From Desulfurococcaceae archaeon (GTDB lineage: Archaea; Thermoproteota; Thermoprotei_A; Sulfolobales; Desulfurococcaceae): a stretch of 64,000 nucleotides of DNA. The stretch is taken from NCBI GenBank assembly GCA_038888155.1, contig JAWAJB010000004.1, positions 32,001 to 96,000 on the forward strand. The letters are read 5' to 3'. Both the position numbers and the translations under genes were made by a program. Each line of letters opens with the position of its first letter. Position 1 is the stretch's first letter. Shown here piece by piece: positions 30,371 through 40,738 of this stretch. A model generated the notes under the pieces. The model did no database searches. It was not told the origin of the DNA and was given only the letters and a program-made list of their open reading frames with translations.

Positions 30371-31264
30371 TTAGTGCCTTTCAAGTATTCTCTTTAGCTC
30401 CCTTACGTCGCCTGGCGTCCTAACAAGCAATATCGGAGTGTTGACAACGTTCACTATTTTTTCAGCATATTCTACCTTTTCGCTAGATGCGCCATTCTTC
30501 ATCGACTCCTTGACTATTGATAAAACCACGCGACCTTTGAGAGCGATATCTATTGGGATCCTTGAAAAATTGAGGAAAATATGACCGTAGTTTGTCGCTA
30601 CCTTGAATATAGCTTTCTCGATATCATCCCTAGGCACACTCCTATCTTCCTCTCCCTCTATTTGCTTATCTTCGAGGTCCTTTGACTGCAAATCTAGCTC
30701 CTCGAAGATATCTTCACCTAAAAGGGAGGCCAGTTCAACGCCTCTGTCAAGGGAAATAAACATGTCCCCGCTTTCGTACATGTAAATTGCCTTCCTGCTT
30801 ACTCCAAGCATTTCTGCTAACATGCCTCTTGTGTAACCGTGCAGTTCTCTTTTCTCCCTGAACTTGTGCGGATTTAGCTTCAGAACGTAGTTTCCCCTAA
30901 TGCAAGCTACAATTGGCCTTTCTCTTTTTAATACATACTTCTCAAGTGTTTTTGGAGTGACTACCTTAATCCCGTGCCTTATGTGGATAACGTCGTCTTC
31001 GAGGTCGGCACCGTACTGCCTAATAGACACGACAATTACGGGCGCCCTGTACGCTCTCTTAACCTTTTTTAAATCCATTGTTTCGGATCTATCGAGTTTA
31101 TTAACATTGTACACAGCCTTAATGAATAGGCTCTCAGATTTCGAGCGAGCAATAACATCAATGCTCCTGCTTTCCCTTGGATACAGTATCATGTCTACTT
31201 CGCAACCAGATCTCCTAACAATATTGTAAACTTCTTCGACAAGCCCTTCGTTTTCTTTCTGCAA
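30371..31264 (-). CDS. Archaeal XRE-HTH transcriptional regulator (MJ1164-like)
   Basis: SIDVIAR, central HTH G.LA..LGVSRKAIY.YE.G. Confidence 0.8.
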   Translation of the reverse strand: MQKENEGLVEEVYNIVRRSGCEVDMILYPRESRSIDVIARSKSESLFIKAVYNVNKLDRSETMDLKKVKRAYRAPVIVVSIRQYGADLEDDVIHIRHGIKVVTPKTLEKYVLKRERPIVACIRGNYVLKLNPHKFREKRELHGYTRGMLAEMLGVSRKAIYMYESGDMFISLDRGVELASLLGEDIFEELDLQSKDLEDKQIEGEEDRSVPRDDIEKAIFKVATNYGHIFLNFSRIPIDIALKGRVVLSIVKESMKNGASSEKVEYAEKIVNVVNTPILLVRTPGDVRELKRILERH

Positions 31265-31316
31265 ACCACCTTCCCGTTTAAATTTTTTTATAAAAACACA
31301 CTTATACGCGTTTCCT

Positions 31317-32024
31317 CTACTTCTTCCTACTAAACCTCGCGTAGATCATGGCATGATCTTTATCATACGGCTCTAGGTGGACTACATCAACTATGTCAAA
31401 CCCCCTCTCTTTCAATGTGTTAATCTCTTTTCTGTAGATCTCGCTTGGCTCTTTAGTGACATCTATGCTCCTCGCCTTAACAGCCATCAATAAGTACCCG
31501 CCGTCCTCGAGAAACGTATCAGCGTTATTTGCTACTATAGCAGCCTGCTCGGGCTGTGCGATATCTGCGTAGAGCCCCTTTACTGTCTCTACAACATGTC
31601 TATACTCTTGTGGTTTCCTAGCGTCTCCTAACACGGGAAACAGGTTTCTCCTAACATCGGCGACAACTATGAATTCCCTCATAACTCTAGGAGCTATATC
31701 TACACCGTATACTCTTCCGTTGTGGCCAACAATATCTGACACGTGGCTAGCTGTAGTGCCCGATGCGACGCCGAGGTAGAGGATTGTGTCTCCCTCCCTA
31801 ATGGGTTGATCTACAAGCCCGTTTAGAAGAGCTGCAGCGAGTTTGCTTCTAAATGCATTCCACTCACGGTATTCGTTGCCGTTATACTTGTAAAGCTTTT
31901 CGCCGTAAACTCTGTGACCTGGTACAAGGTTCTTTGTAGCGAGCTTTACGCTACCGTCATCTAACTCAACGACGTGAACACCAAAGTACTTCTCATGCGG
32001 TTTAATAGATTTAACTAAGCTCAT
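31317..32024 (-). CDS. flpA: Fibrillarin-like rRNA/tRNA 2'-O-methyltransferase
   Basis: VYGE, YR.WN..RSKLAA, LYLG.ASGTT.SHVSD, DIAQP.Q, KARSID, L.PYDKDH. Confidence 0.96.
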   Translation of the reverse strand: MSLVKSIKPHEKYFGVHVVELDDGSVKLATKNLVPGHRVYGEKLYKYNGNEYREWNAFRSKLAAALLNGLVDQPIREGDTILYLGVASGTTASHVSDIVGHNGRVYGVDIAPRVMREFIVVADVRRNLFPVLGDARKPQEYRHVVETVKGLYADIAQPEQAAIVANNADTFLEDGGYLLMAVKARSIDVTKEPSEIYRKEINTLKERGFDIVDVVHLEPYDKDHAMIYARFSRKK

Positions 32025-32049
32025 ATTAAATCACCAATGCAGCCTACTG

Positions 32050-33279
32050 CTATCTCCTCCTTTCTCCTCTCTTTTTCTTTTCTTTTTCAAAGGTTTTAGG
32101 CTTCTCTGGTTTAGGCGGCGGCTTGGGGTAAAGCTTCTTTATTTCATCAACTCTCTCCTCAAACTCCTTGAGCAACTTGTCTCCCACATATCTGCCCGTG
32201 AAGAAGTCAACTTTAGCTGCTATTGCCAACTTAGCTGCCAGGAATCTGGCAACCTTGCCCCTCTGCCACCTCGGGCTTTTGTGTATTGTAGGGTGCTGAA
32301 ATATTATACCATGCTTTGGCGGCTTGCCGCCTGTTTTAAGGGCCCTGAACAAAGCCTTCTCAGCACCAAGAACTTGAATCGTGCTTGCAGGTAGCTTGGC
32401 GAGCTTTTCAAGGCCACCAGCTAAACTAAGTAGTCGCGCCCCGAGCTTTGAGCCCACGAGAGCACATATGTTTGGTGCAACTTCCTTCATTATGGCGTCA
32501 ATGTACGTGTCGAGAGTCTCTCTCAGCTTATAGAGATCTATAATTATACCAGCGAGCATTAGAATGTAGTCAAGGTCGAAGTCGCTCAGCTCAGCGCCTA
32601 TACTGCTCTTAGCTGCTGACGCAATCTTTTCAGCTTCTTCCTCAGATAGGCCAAACCCAACTAAGTTCTCAGTTGAGAACTTTGATCTATCGCGAAACTC
32701 GTACACAATCTTTGCGTATTGCCCGTGGTCCTTCACGAGCTCGTCTAGTTCTGGGAAATGTACACTGTACCATTCTCTTAATCGAGCAACGTATAGGTTT
32801 ATTGTCTTGTCTATGTCATCTATGGCCCTAATAGCTTGAACGGCCAGTAAGTCTCTCTTTTGGGCTTCTCTCCTTAACTTACGCCTCGTGTACTCCAACA
32901 TGATCTCATGTAGCTTCTCAAAGAACTCTTCAGGTGTCTTCGCTAATCCATGCTTCACGGCAAGCTCGGGGAGGGCCCTCCTCAAAATCAACATAGGCGT
33001 TGCGCCAATCGAGATCTCAGGTGTAATGCCGTATGAAGAAGCAGCTCTTGCTGCCCCGTAGTGCTCTGCCACAATTGCAGTTATCCCTCTGTCCTTTAGC
33101 CTAGATACGAGTTTCTCGTGGTAAGGCGTAATGTCGCCTTTTTCAAGGCTGATGAGGAATTCAACGAGCTCGTCTAGTCTGTTTGGGGGTTCGACGAACT
33201 CGAGAACTTCGTTGTTTTCAGATACTGCGAAAATCCCTATTACCGTTTCCACTATATAAGCTCTATTTGATTCAGACAT
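32050..33279 (-). CDS. nop5: Box C/D sRNP scaffold Nop5 (Nop56/58)
   Basis: RLREWYS.HFPEL, APN, PASTIQVLGAEKALF, PPKHG.IFQ, RGK.AR, Lys-rich tail. Confidence 0.96.
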   Translation of the reverse strand: MSESNRAYIVETVIGIFAVSENNEVLEFVEPPNRLDELVEFLISLEKGDITPYHEKLVSRLKDRGITAIVAEHYGAARAASSYGITPEISIGATPMLILRRALPELAVKHGLAKTPEEFFEKLHEIMLEYTRRKLRREAQKRDLLAVQAIRAIDDIDKTINLYVARLREWYSVHFPELDELVKDHGQYAKIVYEFRDRSKFSTENLVGFGLSEEEAEKIASAAKSSIGAELSDFDLDYILMLAGIIIDLYKLRETLDTYIDAIMKEVAPNICALVGSKLGARLLSLAGGLEKLAKLPASTIQVLGAEKALFRALKTGGKPPKHGIIFQHPTIHKSPRWQRGKVARFLAAKLAIAAKVDFFTGRYVGDKLLKEFEERVDEIKKLYPKPPPKPEKPKTFEKEKKKRGERRR

Positions 33280-33362
33280 AATATTTTACCTTGCCAACTA
33301 AAGTTAAGTTAAAAAGCTATTTTTAAATATCGTTATCCATGATTTAAAGCTGGTGTTGAGAA

Positions 33363-33533
33363 ATGCCTACGCACGGTTCGTTAACTAAGGCAGGTAAAGT
33401 GAGAAGTCAGACGCCCAAAATACCTCCAAAGCAAGGTAAGAACAAACCTCCAAGAGTGAGGAACAGAGTAGAGTACGTTAGGAGGTTTGTAAAGCAACAG
33501 GAGTCAGCTACATCGCCGCAACCTGTCTCTTAG
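33363..33533 (+). CDS. rps30e: 30S ribosomal protein S30e
   Basis: Manual translation [42 protein letters not shown]... (56 aa; below the ORF-track cutoff). Confidence 0.95.
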   Translation: MPTHGSLTKAGKVRSQTPKIPPKQGKNKPPRVRNRVEYVRRFVKQQESATSPQPVS

Positions 33534-33654
33534 CGGTTCCTCTCTTCTCGGGATTGCATTTAAGGCCCATTTCATTTAGAAATCGGTTTTATGCTCGCGC
33601 GAGTCGCTAACACTAAAATAGTGCTATTTGCAATACACAGATGTGGTGAAATTA

Positions 33655-35010
33655 GTGCTAATATACCACGGGTATATGGGTGAAGTTGCGACACTCCTAG
33701 AAGCAAAAGGCATTAGACCTGGAGACAGAGTATCGATAAAGACTCGCGACGGAGGTGTGCTTCAAGGTCTGTTAATGCCTAGGCCATTTCTATACGGGGG
33801 TTCATCTATTATCATAATCAAGCTAGATAGCGGCTACAACGTCGGCATAAAGCTAGATAAGATCGAGAGCATTGAACTCGTCAAGAGGGCAGGCGAAAAG
33901 CCCAAGCTGGAAAAAAGTAAGAAACAGCCCAAATTGAGCTCACCTCGCGTAGCTTTGATTAGCACTGGGGGAACAATAGCCTCAAGGGTAGACTACGAGA
34001 CAGGCGCCGTAACGCCTACACTTACGCCTGAGGAGATAGTTGAGTGGATCCCAGAGCTCGAGGACGTCGCCCTAATAACTGCTAGAGAGGCCTTCAGCAT
34101 ATTTAGTGAGGACATGACGCCTCAGCTGTGGGGACTAATAGCTAAGGAGGTGTATAAAGAAGTAAAGAGCGGCGTTAATGGCGTTGTAGTTGCACACGGC
34201 ACAGACACTATGTCATTCTCTGCTTCTGCCTTGGCCTTTGCTATTCAAAACAAACCCGTGCCCATAGTTTTTGTTGGCGCACAGAGGAGCAGCGATAGGC
34301 CTAGCACTGATGCAGCATCAAACCTCATTGCAGCAGTCCTTGTAGCCACTAAGGCGCCTTTCGCGGAGTCTGTGATCTCAATGCACGGTTTAACATCTGA
34401 CGAGTACGCCTTAGTCCATCGCGGAGTTAAGGTTCGAAAGATGCACACAAGTAGGCGAGACGCATTTCAATCTATAAATGATATGCCATTAGCGGCCGTT
34501 AACATAGCTAAGCAGGAAATCAAGGTTATAGGTACAATTTACGAGCACAGAGACGAGAGCAAAGAGCCTAACTTGATTGACAATTTCGATGATAGAGTGG
34601 CTTTAGTTAAAACATACCCTGGCATTCAACAGGAAATTGTCGACTTCCTTGTAGACAAGGGTTTTCACGGAATAGTGATAGAGGGCACAGGTCTAGGCCA
34701 TGCACCAAATAAACTCGTTGAATCCATTAAAAGAGCAACCGAGCAGGGCATACCAGTGGTTATGACCAGCCAGTGTCTATTTGGGCGTGTAAACATGCGC
34801 GTGTACAGCACGGGAAGAAGATTAATTGAAGCTGGAGTTATCTCAGGACAGGATATGCTACCTGAAACTGCGTACGTTAAGTTATCGTGGATTTTGGGCT
34901 CTATTTCACGCGATTTGAGAGAAGTTGAAAAAATCTTCACTAAAAACATAGTGGGAGAAGTAAACTTCAGGCACCCAATGGATCTGTACCCGAGGTGGCC
35001 CCATGAGTAG
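33655..35010 (+). CDS. gatD: Glu-tRNA(Gln) amidotransferase subunit D
   Basis: [47 protein letters not shown]. Confidence 0.96.
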   Translation: MLIYHGYMGEVATLLEAKGIRPGDRVSIKTRDGGVLQGLLMPRPFLYGGSSIIIIKLDSGYNVGIKLDKIESIELVKRAGEKPKLEKSKKQPKLSSPRVALISTGGTIASRVDYETGAVTPTLTPEEIVEWIPELEDVALITAREAFSIFSEDMTPQLWGLIAKEVYKEVKSGVNGVVVAHGTDTMSFSASALAFAIQNKPVPIVFVGAQRSSDRPSTDAASNLIAAVLVATKAPFAESVISMHGLTSDEYALVHRGVKVRKMHTSRRDAFQSINDMPLAAVNIAKQEIKVIGTIYEHRDESKEPNLIDNFDDRVALVKTYPGIQQEIVDFLVDKGFHGIVIEGTGLGHAPNKLVESIKRATEQGIPVVMTSQCLFGRVNMRVYSTGRRLIEAGVISGQDMLPETAYVKLSWILGSISRDLREVEKIFTKNIVGEVNFRHPMDLYPRWPHE

Positions 35011-36928
35011 GCTAAACTTTGATGCATTTGGTCTAAAAGTGGGGTTGGAAATCCACGCCCAGTTAGATACAAGGCGAAAACTATTCTGTTCATGTCCTAC
35101 AAGGCTTACCCCTCAAATAAAACAACAGCCGTTTATAAGGTACTTGAGGCCTGCGAGGAGCGAGGTAGGAGAAGTAGATCCAGCTGCCCTACTAGAGTGG
35201 AAGAGAAGCAGAGCATACCTTTACTACGCCCCTTCGGAGTCCTCCTGCCTAGTGGAAGCAGATGAAGAGCCTCCCCATGAAATAGACGAGGAGTCGGTAC
35301 TAATTTCACTCGCTGTAGCCAAAGCATTGAACATGAACATTGTTGACGAGGTTCACATTATGAGGAAAATAGTAATCGATGGAAGCAACGTAGGCGGCTT
35401 TCAGAGAACAACGCTAATAGCCCTTGGGGGGTACATAGAGGTTGAAGGCAGGAGAATAGGAATACAGAGCCTCTGCCTTGAGGAAGACGCAGCTAGGAAA
35501 GTAGAAGAGCGGGAGCTGGATGTTCGATACGTTCTTGATAGACTAGGTATACCACTTCTAGAGATTGCAACGGCTCCGGATATTAACACGCCTGAGCTCG
35601 CGCTAAAAACAGCTCTCAAGATAGGTCAATTGATTAGATTGACGGGGAAAGCCAAGCGAGGACTTGGTAGCATAAGGCAAGACCTCAATATTAGCATTAG
35701 CGGGGGTGCCAAAGTTGAAATTAAAGGTGTGCAACACCTATATCTGATCCCCAAGGTAGTTGAATTTGAAGTGCTCAGGCAAGCTAGCTTACTTGAAATA
35801 AGGGATGAACTCAAGAAGAGAAACGTGGATCCGAGCGCGATTGATCAAAAACTAATAGATGTAACTAAGGTCTTTGAAAAAACAGGCTCGAGGGTAATTA
35901 AGAGGGCGCTGTCGCAAGAGGATGGCGCGGTGCTGGCTCTGAGACTGCCAGGTTTTAAAGGGCTTCTTGGCAGGCAAATACAGCCTGGAAGGAGATTTGG
36001 GACAGAGCTAAGCGACTACGCTAAGGTGTGGGGAGGCATAGAGGGCATTATACATACTGATGAGCTCCCCGCCTACGGGATAACAAGTGAAGAGGTTCGC
36101 GGGCTTTACTCCGAAGCTGGTGCTGACCCAAACAAAGATGGAGTTATAATAGCCGCAGATACGAGGGATAAAGCCGAGAAAGCTCTTCGCGCAGTTGCTG
36201 AAAGAGCCGCTTATGCCCCAATTGGTGTTCCAGAAGAAACTCGTGCCTCTAATCCCGATGGTACAACAAGGTACATGAGGCCTAGACCGGGGTCCGCCAG
36301 AATGTACCCAGAGACAGACATCCCTCCCATACTCGTAACCCAGGAGATTTTAGCAAAAGCAAGTACGTATGTCCCAGAACACCCAGATTTGAAGTACAAG
36401 AGGTTCACAGAAGTTCACGGGCTTAGCAGAGAGCTCGCCTTAGCGATATTGAACGACATTAGGTTGGATCTCTACGAATATCTCGCTGAAAAATACCGTC
36501 AACAGATCCCGTGTTCTATTATTGCATCCCTATTCGTCAACACCGTACCAGCCCTTAGAAGAGATGGTATTGCTGTTGATGAAATAATAGAAGATGTAGC
36601 AGAAGAGATCATTAGATCTGTTGCTACAGGCGCAGTTGCTAAAGAGGCTATACCAGATCTGCTCACTTTCATAGCAAAGAATCCAAGCGCTAGCCTATCT
36701 AAAGCCATAGAGAACTTAGGATTAAGTAAGCTGAGCACAGAGCAATTGGATCAAATGATTTCAAGGATAATAGAGGAGAATAAAGAGAGGCTCGTTGAAA
36801 GAAAAGATAAAGCGTTTACAATAGTGATGGGCGAAGTAATGAAGCAAATCCGCGGGAAAGTGGATGGAAAACTAGTAGCAGATAGAGTGAAAATTAAATT
36901 AAGGGAGATTCTCAATATCTCCACATAG
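35003..36928 (+). CDS. gatE: Glu-tRNA(Gln) amidotransferase subunit E
   Basis: GLEIH.QL...[36 protein letters not shown]. Confidence 0.97.
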   Translation: MSRLNFDAFGLKVGLEIHAQLDTRRKLFCSCPTRLTPQIKQQPFIRYLRPARSEVGEVDPAALLEWKRSRAYLYYAPSESSCLVEADEEPPHEIDEESVLISLAVAKALNMNIVDEVHIMRKIVIDGSNVGGFQRTTLIALGGYIEVEGRRIGIQSLCLEEDAARKVEERELDVRYVLDRLGIPLLEIATAPDINTPELALKTALKIGQLIRLTGKAKRGLGSIRQDLNISISGGAKVEIKGVQHLYLIPKVVEFEVLRQASLLEIRDELKKRNVDPSAIDQKLIDVTKVFEKTGSRVIKRALSQEDGAVLALRLPGFKGLLGRQIQPGRRFGTELSDYAKVWGGIEGIIHTDELPAYGITSEEVRGLYSEAGADPNKDGVIIAADTRDKAEKALRAVAERAAYAPIGVPEETRASNPDGTTRYMRPRPGSARMYPETDIPPILVTQEILAKASTYVPEHPDLKYKRFTEVHGLSRELALAILNDIRLDLYEYLAEKYRQQIPCSIIASLFVNTVPALRRDGIAVDEIIEDVAEEIIRSVATGAVAKEAIPDLLTFIAKNPSASLSKAIENLGLSKLSTEQLDQMISRIIEENKERLVERKDKAFTIVMGEVMKQIRGKVDGKLVADRVKIKLREILNIST

Positions 36929-36982
36929 CGATGAGGAGTACTCCCGAAAATGAAGAGTGATTGAAAGGCATTTGTCCGAGCT
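36927..36982 (+). ncRNA. Box C/D guide sRNA immediately downstream of gatE
   Basis: ATGAGGA (C, 36931)-GTACTCCCGAAA-ATGA (D')-...TGATTGA (C')-AAGGCATTTGT-CCGA (D, 36976); D guide complementary to the conserved 23S sequence CAAAUGCCUU. Confidence 0.65.
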
Positions 36983-37061
36983 GCCGTGAGATTGAAAAAG
37001 TGTGCAACAGTTAGATCGCTTATTAATGCCGTACTTTTAATTTAACAGTGTTCATAAGACA

Positions 37062-38009
37062 ATGAACGTGGTTGACTTGGTCAATAAACTGCCGCAAGCC
37101 TGGAAAATTGCCGCACTGCTTAACCGGGGGTATAATCTCGCTGAAGTGTGCAAGTTCCTAGGAATGAGAAGTGCCTCAAAGCTCTCCTCGACGATAAGTA
37201 GACTCATAAGGACTGGAGTTATGAGCAAGCACGTTGTCGTGCCCCTAGAGGCATTAAAGCACCCAGTGTCAATAGCGATACTCGAGAAGTATCAGAAGAC
37301 AAATAAGCCTTGCTTCAAAAGAGCTCCGCGTACAATATTACAGTACTATGCCTTTTCTGGAGGATCAACAGAGATTTACTACTTGCTGGAGAATTGCGCG
37401 TTGGTTGAAGATCTATTTGATCCTGCGGTATGTAGACTTGAGATATGCGAACAGGTGGTAAACACTTTAACCCCCCTAGAGAATCCAGATGAGGCTAAGT
37501 TAAGACTAGTGCCAATTGGCAACTTGCTTAAACATTGTGCAGGCACGCTTGACGACCTGGACCAAGATCTCCTGCTCGATGTTTTCCGCTTATTTAATCC
37601 TCCCATCGAAAGAGTTAAGAACAATAAGAGCTTGATATTGTTGCTTGAACAAAGGCTAGGTACCAAAGGAGCTAGGTATCACTACTATAAACACATTAAG
37701 AAGTGCGTGGTTCAGCACTACGCCCTAAGGGGTATGGGAGACTTTATTCTACTTCTTGTCTACTCTGCCTCAGCCAAGGAACTTGAAGACTTGCTCAACA
37801 CTCTCGTTGAAAACGAACTTGTGAATGGGGTGTGGCAGGTTACCTGCTTAACTAATGAGCCTATAATTGCCCTCATACACTCGTGGGGCCAGGTAGAAAA
37901 ATTCGTTGACCCAGACTACGTCCATGAATACATAAAAAACACTAACTACACAGTATACCCAGTAATTGGTGTAAGCCATGGGTTTGCAACCTCTTCCGCC
38001 AGATCTTGA
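37062..38009 (+). CDS. Hypothetical protein with tandem HTH (Lrp/AsnC-like) modules
   Basis: N-terminal HTH (LAEVCKFLG...KLS..ISRL...G) and a second LDDLD..LL...YHY.KH module. Confidence 0.55.
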   Translation: MNVVDLVNKLPQAWKIAALLNRGYNLAEVCKFLGMRSASKLSSTISRLIRTGVMSKHVVVPLEALKHPVSIAILEKYQKTNKPCFKRAPRTILQYYAFSGGSTEIYYLLENCALVEDLFDPAVCRLEICEQVVNTLTPLENPDEAKLRLVPIGNLLKHCAGTLDDLDQDLLLDVFRLFNPPIERVKNNKSLILLLEQRLGTKGARYHYYKHIKKCVVQHYALRGMGDFILLLVYSASAKELEDLLNTLVENELVNGVWQVTCLTNEPIIALIHSWGQVEKFVDPDYVHEYIKNTNYTVYPVIGVSHGFATSSARS

Positions 38010-38928
38010 AAAAATTCACAAAGATTCCTTAGAGCAGGTCAAAAAAGCCCAGGCCTTCAGGTCCCTACTAGAGAGGGCTATTACGTTCGTTAGTTCCCCT
38101 CCAAGGCATGGATTGTACAATAAACCGGGTGTGCTTGAAGTAAGCGGTAAGGGAAACTATGTGTTTATAGGCGACCTGCATGGGGATTACTATGCCCTAT
38201 TAAGTGTCTTAGCCAATGTATGGAGCGATGTAAAGGGAGGGCACACTATTGTATTTCTAGGTGACTACGTAGATAGAGGATACATGCAAGTGGAAACGCT
38301 TTCCTTTGTGTTAAACCTGAAAGAAAGTTTACCAGAACAAACGGTTCTCATAAGGGGAAACCACGAACCGCCGCGTTCCCTTATACCTCATCCACATGAT
38401 TATCCAACGCAATTGGGTCACAAGTTTGGTTCAGATGGAGGCGAACTATATGATCTTTCCTTAGCGCTTTTCGACTCATTTCCGCTAGGCGTAGTGGAAG
38501 AGGGTCTGTTTTTTGCTGTCCACGGAGGACCTCCATTAAATGTCCTGAACAAAAAGAACTGGAGAGAAGCGCTTGAAATTGGGAGAGATGCGTTCACTCA
38601 AAGTACAATAGAGGAAATTCTATGGAGCGATCCAACCGAGCTAAACGTAAACTATGTCCCATCCCCTAGAGGAGCTGGTGTGCTATACAGTCGTTTTGTC
38701 AGCGAAAAGGCACTGCAACTTATAAAGGGGAAGATCATTATTAGGGCTCACCAGGCTGTCAACGGCTTTGAATTCGCTCATAACGGCATGGTAGTAACTG
38801 TGTTCACATCTCCCCTGGTTTACGGATTAGACTGTGCAGGTACACTCAAGCTGGAGTACAACGAAGTGACAAGCGCGCACGAGGTAAAAACTATATGCGT
38901 TCGCCCGGTAAGAGCTATCGGCACTTAA
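37978..38928 (+). CDS. PPP-family serine/threonine protein phosphatase
   Basis: GDLHG, GDYVDRG, RGNHE, HGG, LWSDP, PRGAG, RAHQ, TVF. Confidence 0.9.
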   Translation: MGLQPLPPDLEKIHKDSLEQVKKAQAFRSLLERAITFVSSPPRHGLYNKPGVLEVSGKGNYVFIGDLHGDYYALLSVLANVWSDVKGGHTIVFLGDYVDRGYMQVETLSFVLNLKESLPEQTVLIRGNHEPPRSLIPHPHDYPTQLGHKFGSDGGELYDLSLALFDSFPLGVVEEGLFFAVHGGPPLNVLNKKNWREALEIGRDAFTQSTIEEILWSDPTELNVNYVPSPRGAGVLYSRFVSEKALQLIKGKIIIRAHQAVNGFEFAHNGMVVTVFTSPLVYGLDCAGTLKLEYNEVTSAHEVKTICVRPVRAIGT

Positions 38929-38979
38929 AGCGCTTAATAGGACCCTTTGCTCTATAAGGAATCTACGGGGATGAAGTGA

Positions 38980-39264
38980 ATGCGAACTCAGTATAAACGG
39001 AAGCTGATTGACAGCATTGAGAGCACAGTGGGGGACATCATAAATGACCTAATAGATAAATACTACGGAGATAGAGTAGAGACAGAGCTAGAGTACGAGA
39101 GATTAATTTACTCTATAGCACGATGTATTAGAAGAGAGGTATTTGAAAACAACGCTTCGCTCAACGAAATCATTGAATACCTAAACAAGTTGCGCACAAA
39201 AAAGAGCTCAGCAAGATTTGTCCTCAGCTATCTGATCGCCACAGCCTTGGAGGAGCCCGATTAA
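38980..39264 (+). CDS. Hypothetical helical protein
   Basis: 94 aa ORF, co-directional with its neighbours. Confidence 0.6.
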   Translation: MRTQYKRKLIDSIESTVGDIINDLIDKYYGDRVETELEYERLIYSIARCIRREVFENNASLNEIIEYLNKLRTKKSSARFVLSYLIATALEEPD

Positions 39265-39316
39265 ATGATCCCTAAAGTACATCGACAAGATAAGTAAAAA
39301 CAGCTTTAAAGCAATA

Positions 39317-40228
39317 TTGTTTACTCAGGGGGTATTTATTCCTACTAAACGTGTTCAGAAGAAACTCTACGACAGCTCTAGTAAAAGTGAGAAAGTAAAT
39401 AAAAAGGCAGAGCAGAAAGATAAAGAAAATCAATTGCCGGATTTGACCTCCACAACGCCTTCAAGGCTTCAATCTGCAAGATATCATTCAAGAGGTCGGA
39501 AGGCGAGAAGTGTTGACACGGACAAGCTCCTAGAGGATGTATTTGATCAAGTCGATTCAATATTTGCCCTTACAACTGAGCTAGGACTAAGCAGTGAAAC
39601 TGCCCGTGAAATAGTTAAAGACGTAGTTGACTTAATAGCTTCTGGGTACAGCAGTAGACCTGACCCCGAGGCGGTTATAAAAAAGATCAAAAGGAACAGC
39701 AAAGCGATAGCCGAATTAATTGCAACGAAGATCCTCAGCATCTTTGAAAAGCCCGCTCCAAAGCAACTAGAGTTTATAGCAATCTACGGGGGAAAGGCTG
39801 TAATAAGCGAGGCAAATAAATTGTACAGGCTATCTGTTAGCTATGGTAGAGAAGATATAGTCACAGCCTTAAGGCATGCTTGGAACAATTTAGGGCCTAA
39901 GGGTATGGTATCTTGCCCAAAATGCGGATTTAACTCTATTCTATCCGATAGGTCTTGCTTAATATGCGGAGCAATCGTCTCAGATGAGTACATAAAGTCA
40001 GCGCTCGAGTTTTCTGAGAAATTTGAGCTTTATTTAAAGGTTGCGAGTTGCGCAGAGCTAAACGAAATACTACAGCTTGGGTACGTGTTATTAAGCAAGA
40101 AAGGCGTCTACAGCCCGAGATCCCAGAGAGCCCTTTTAGAAAACCCCATTGTTTACCCCATTTACTTGAAAAGAAATGAGCTCTCAAGGCTTGTTGAGGA
40201 GTTGGCTACGCGCGAAGTCAGCGTATAG
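39317..40228 (+). CDS. Hypothetical protein with a zinc ribbon
   Basis: CPKCG...CLICG; basic disordered N-terminus. Confidence 0.65.
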   Translation: MFTQGVFIPTKRVQKKLYDSSSKSEKVNKKAEQKDKENQLPDLTSTTPSRLQSARYHSRGRKARSVDTDKLLEDVFDQVDSIFALTTELGLSSETAREIVKDVVDLIASGYSSRPDPEAVIKKIKRNSKAIAELIATKILSIFEKPAPKQLEFIAIYGGKAVISEANKLYRLSVSYGREDIVTALRHAWNNLGPKGMVSCPKCGFNSILSDRSCLICGAIVSDEYIKSALEFSEKFELYLKVASCAELNEILQLGYVLLSKKGVYSPRSQRALLENPIVYPIYLKRNELSRLVEELATREVSV

Positions 40229-40229
40229 C

Positions 40230-40577
40230 TTAAACCCTTACGCTTATATCTCTAGCCTTGAAAGTCTCCCTTATGCTTCTCCTAACGATCTTTAAGTTTA
40301 AATCCACAGTGCTCAGAGTACCTATTTGCTCGAACACTAGTTCCCCCCTATAGTAAACTCTTAACGTGGGCAAATCGTTAACGTCAGCTATTTCTGGGTG
40401 CTCTTTTATGTTAACCCTGCAGAAAAGCATATTTTGATCAACGGACTTGGAGAACTCTTTCATCGATTCGTGCATTATTTGGCAGTCTCTATCATTAGGC
40501 TCGTAGAATTCAACTAGCACCACTTCATTTCCTCTAATAGCCCTTATGAACTCTTCCTTTGACTTAAGTTCATACAT
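40230..40577 (-). CDS. Thioredoxin-fold protein lacking CxxC
   Basis: VLVEFY.P.D..C, F.RVN, LPTL..Y..G......G. Confidence 0.7.
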   Translation of the reverse strand: MYELKSKEEFIRAIRGNEVVLVEFYEPNDRDCQIMHESMKEFSKSVDQNMLFCRVNIKEHPEIADVNDLPTLRVYYRGELVFEQIGTLSTVDLNLKIVRRSIRETFKARDISVRV

Positions 40578-40738
40578 TCCCTTCCATCTCTCGGGCTTCT
40601 CCCGCTAATTTTTTAACCCGTAGGCTGTATTAAATTTGGCTTAAAAATTTTACTTAGATCATTTATTTAATCATGGTAAGAAAATTTATATAGAACCAGT
40701 TGAGATAACGAGATACCGGGCTTATACAGGTGAGTTAA

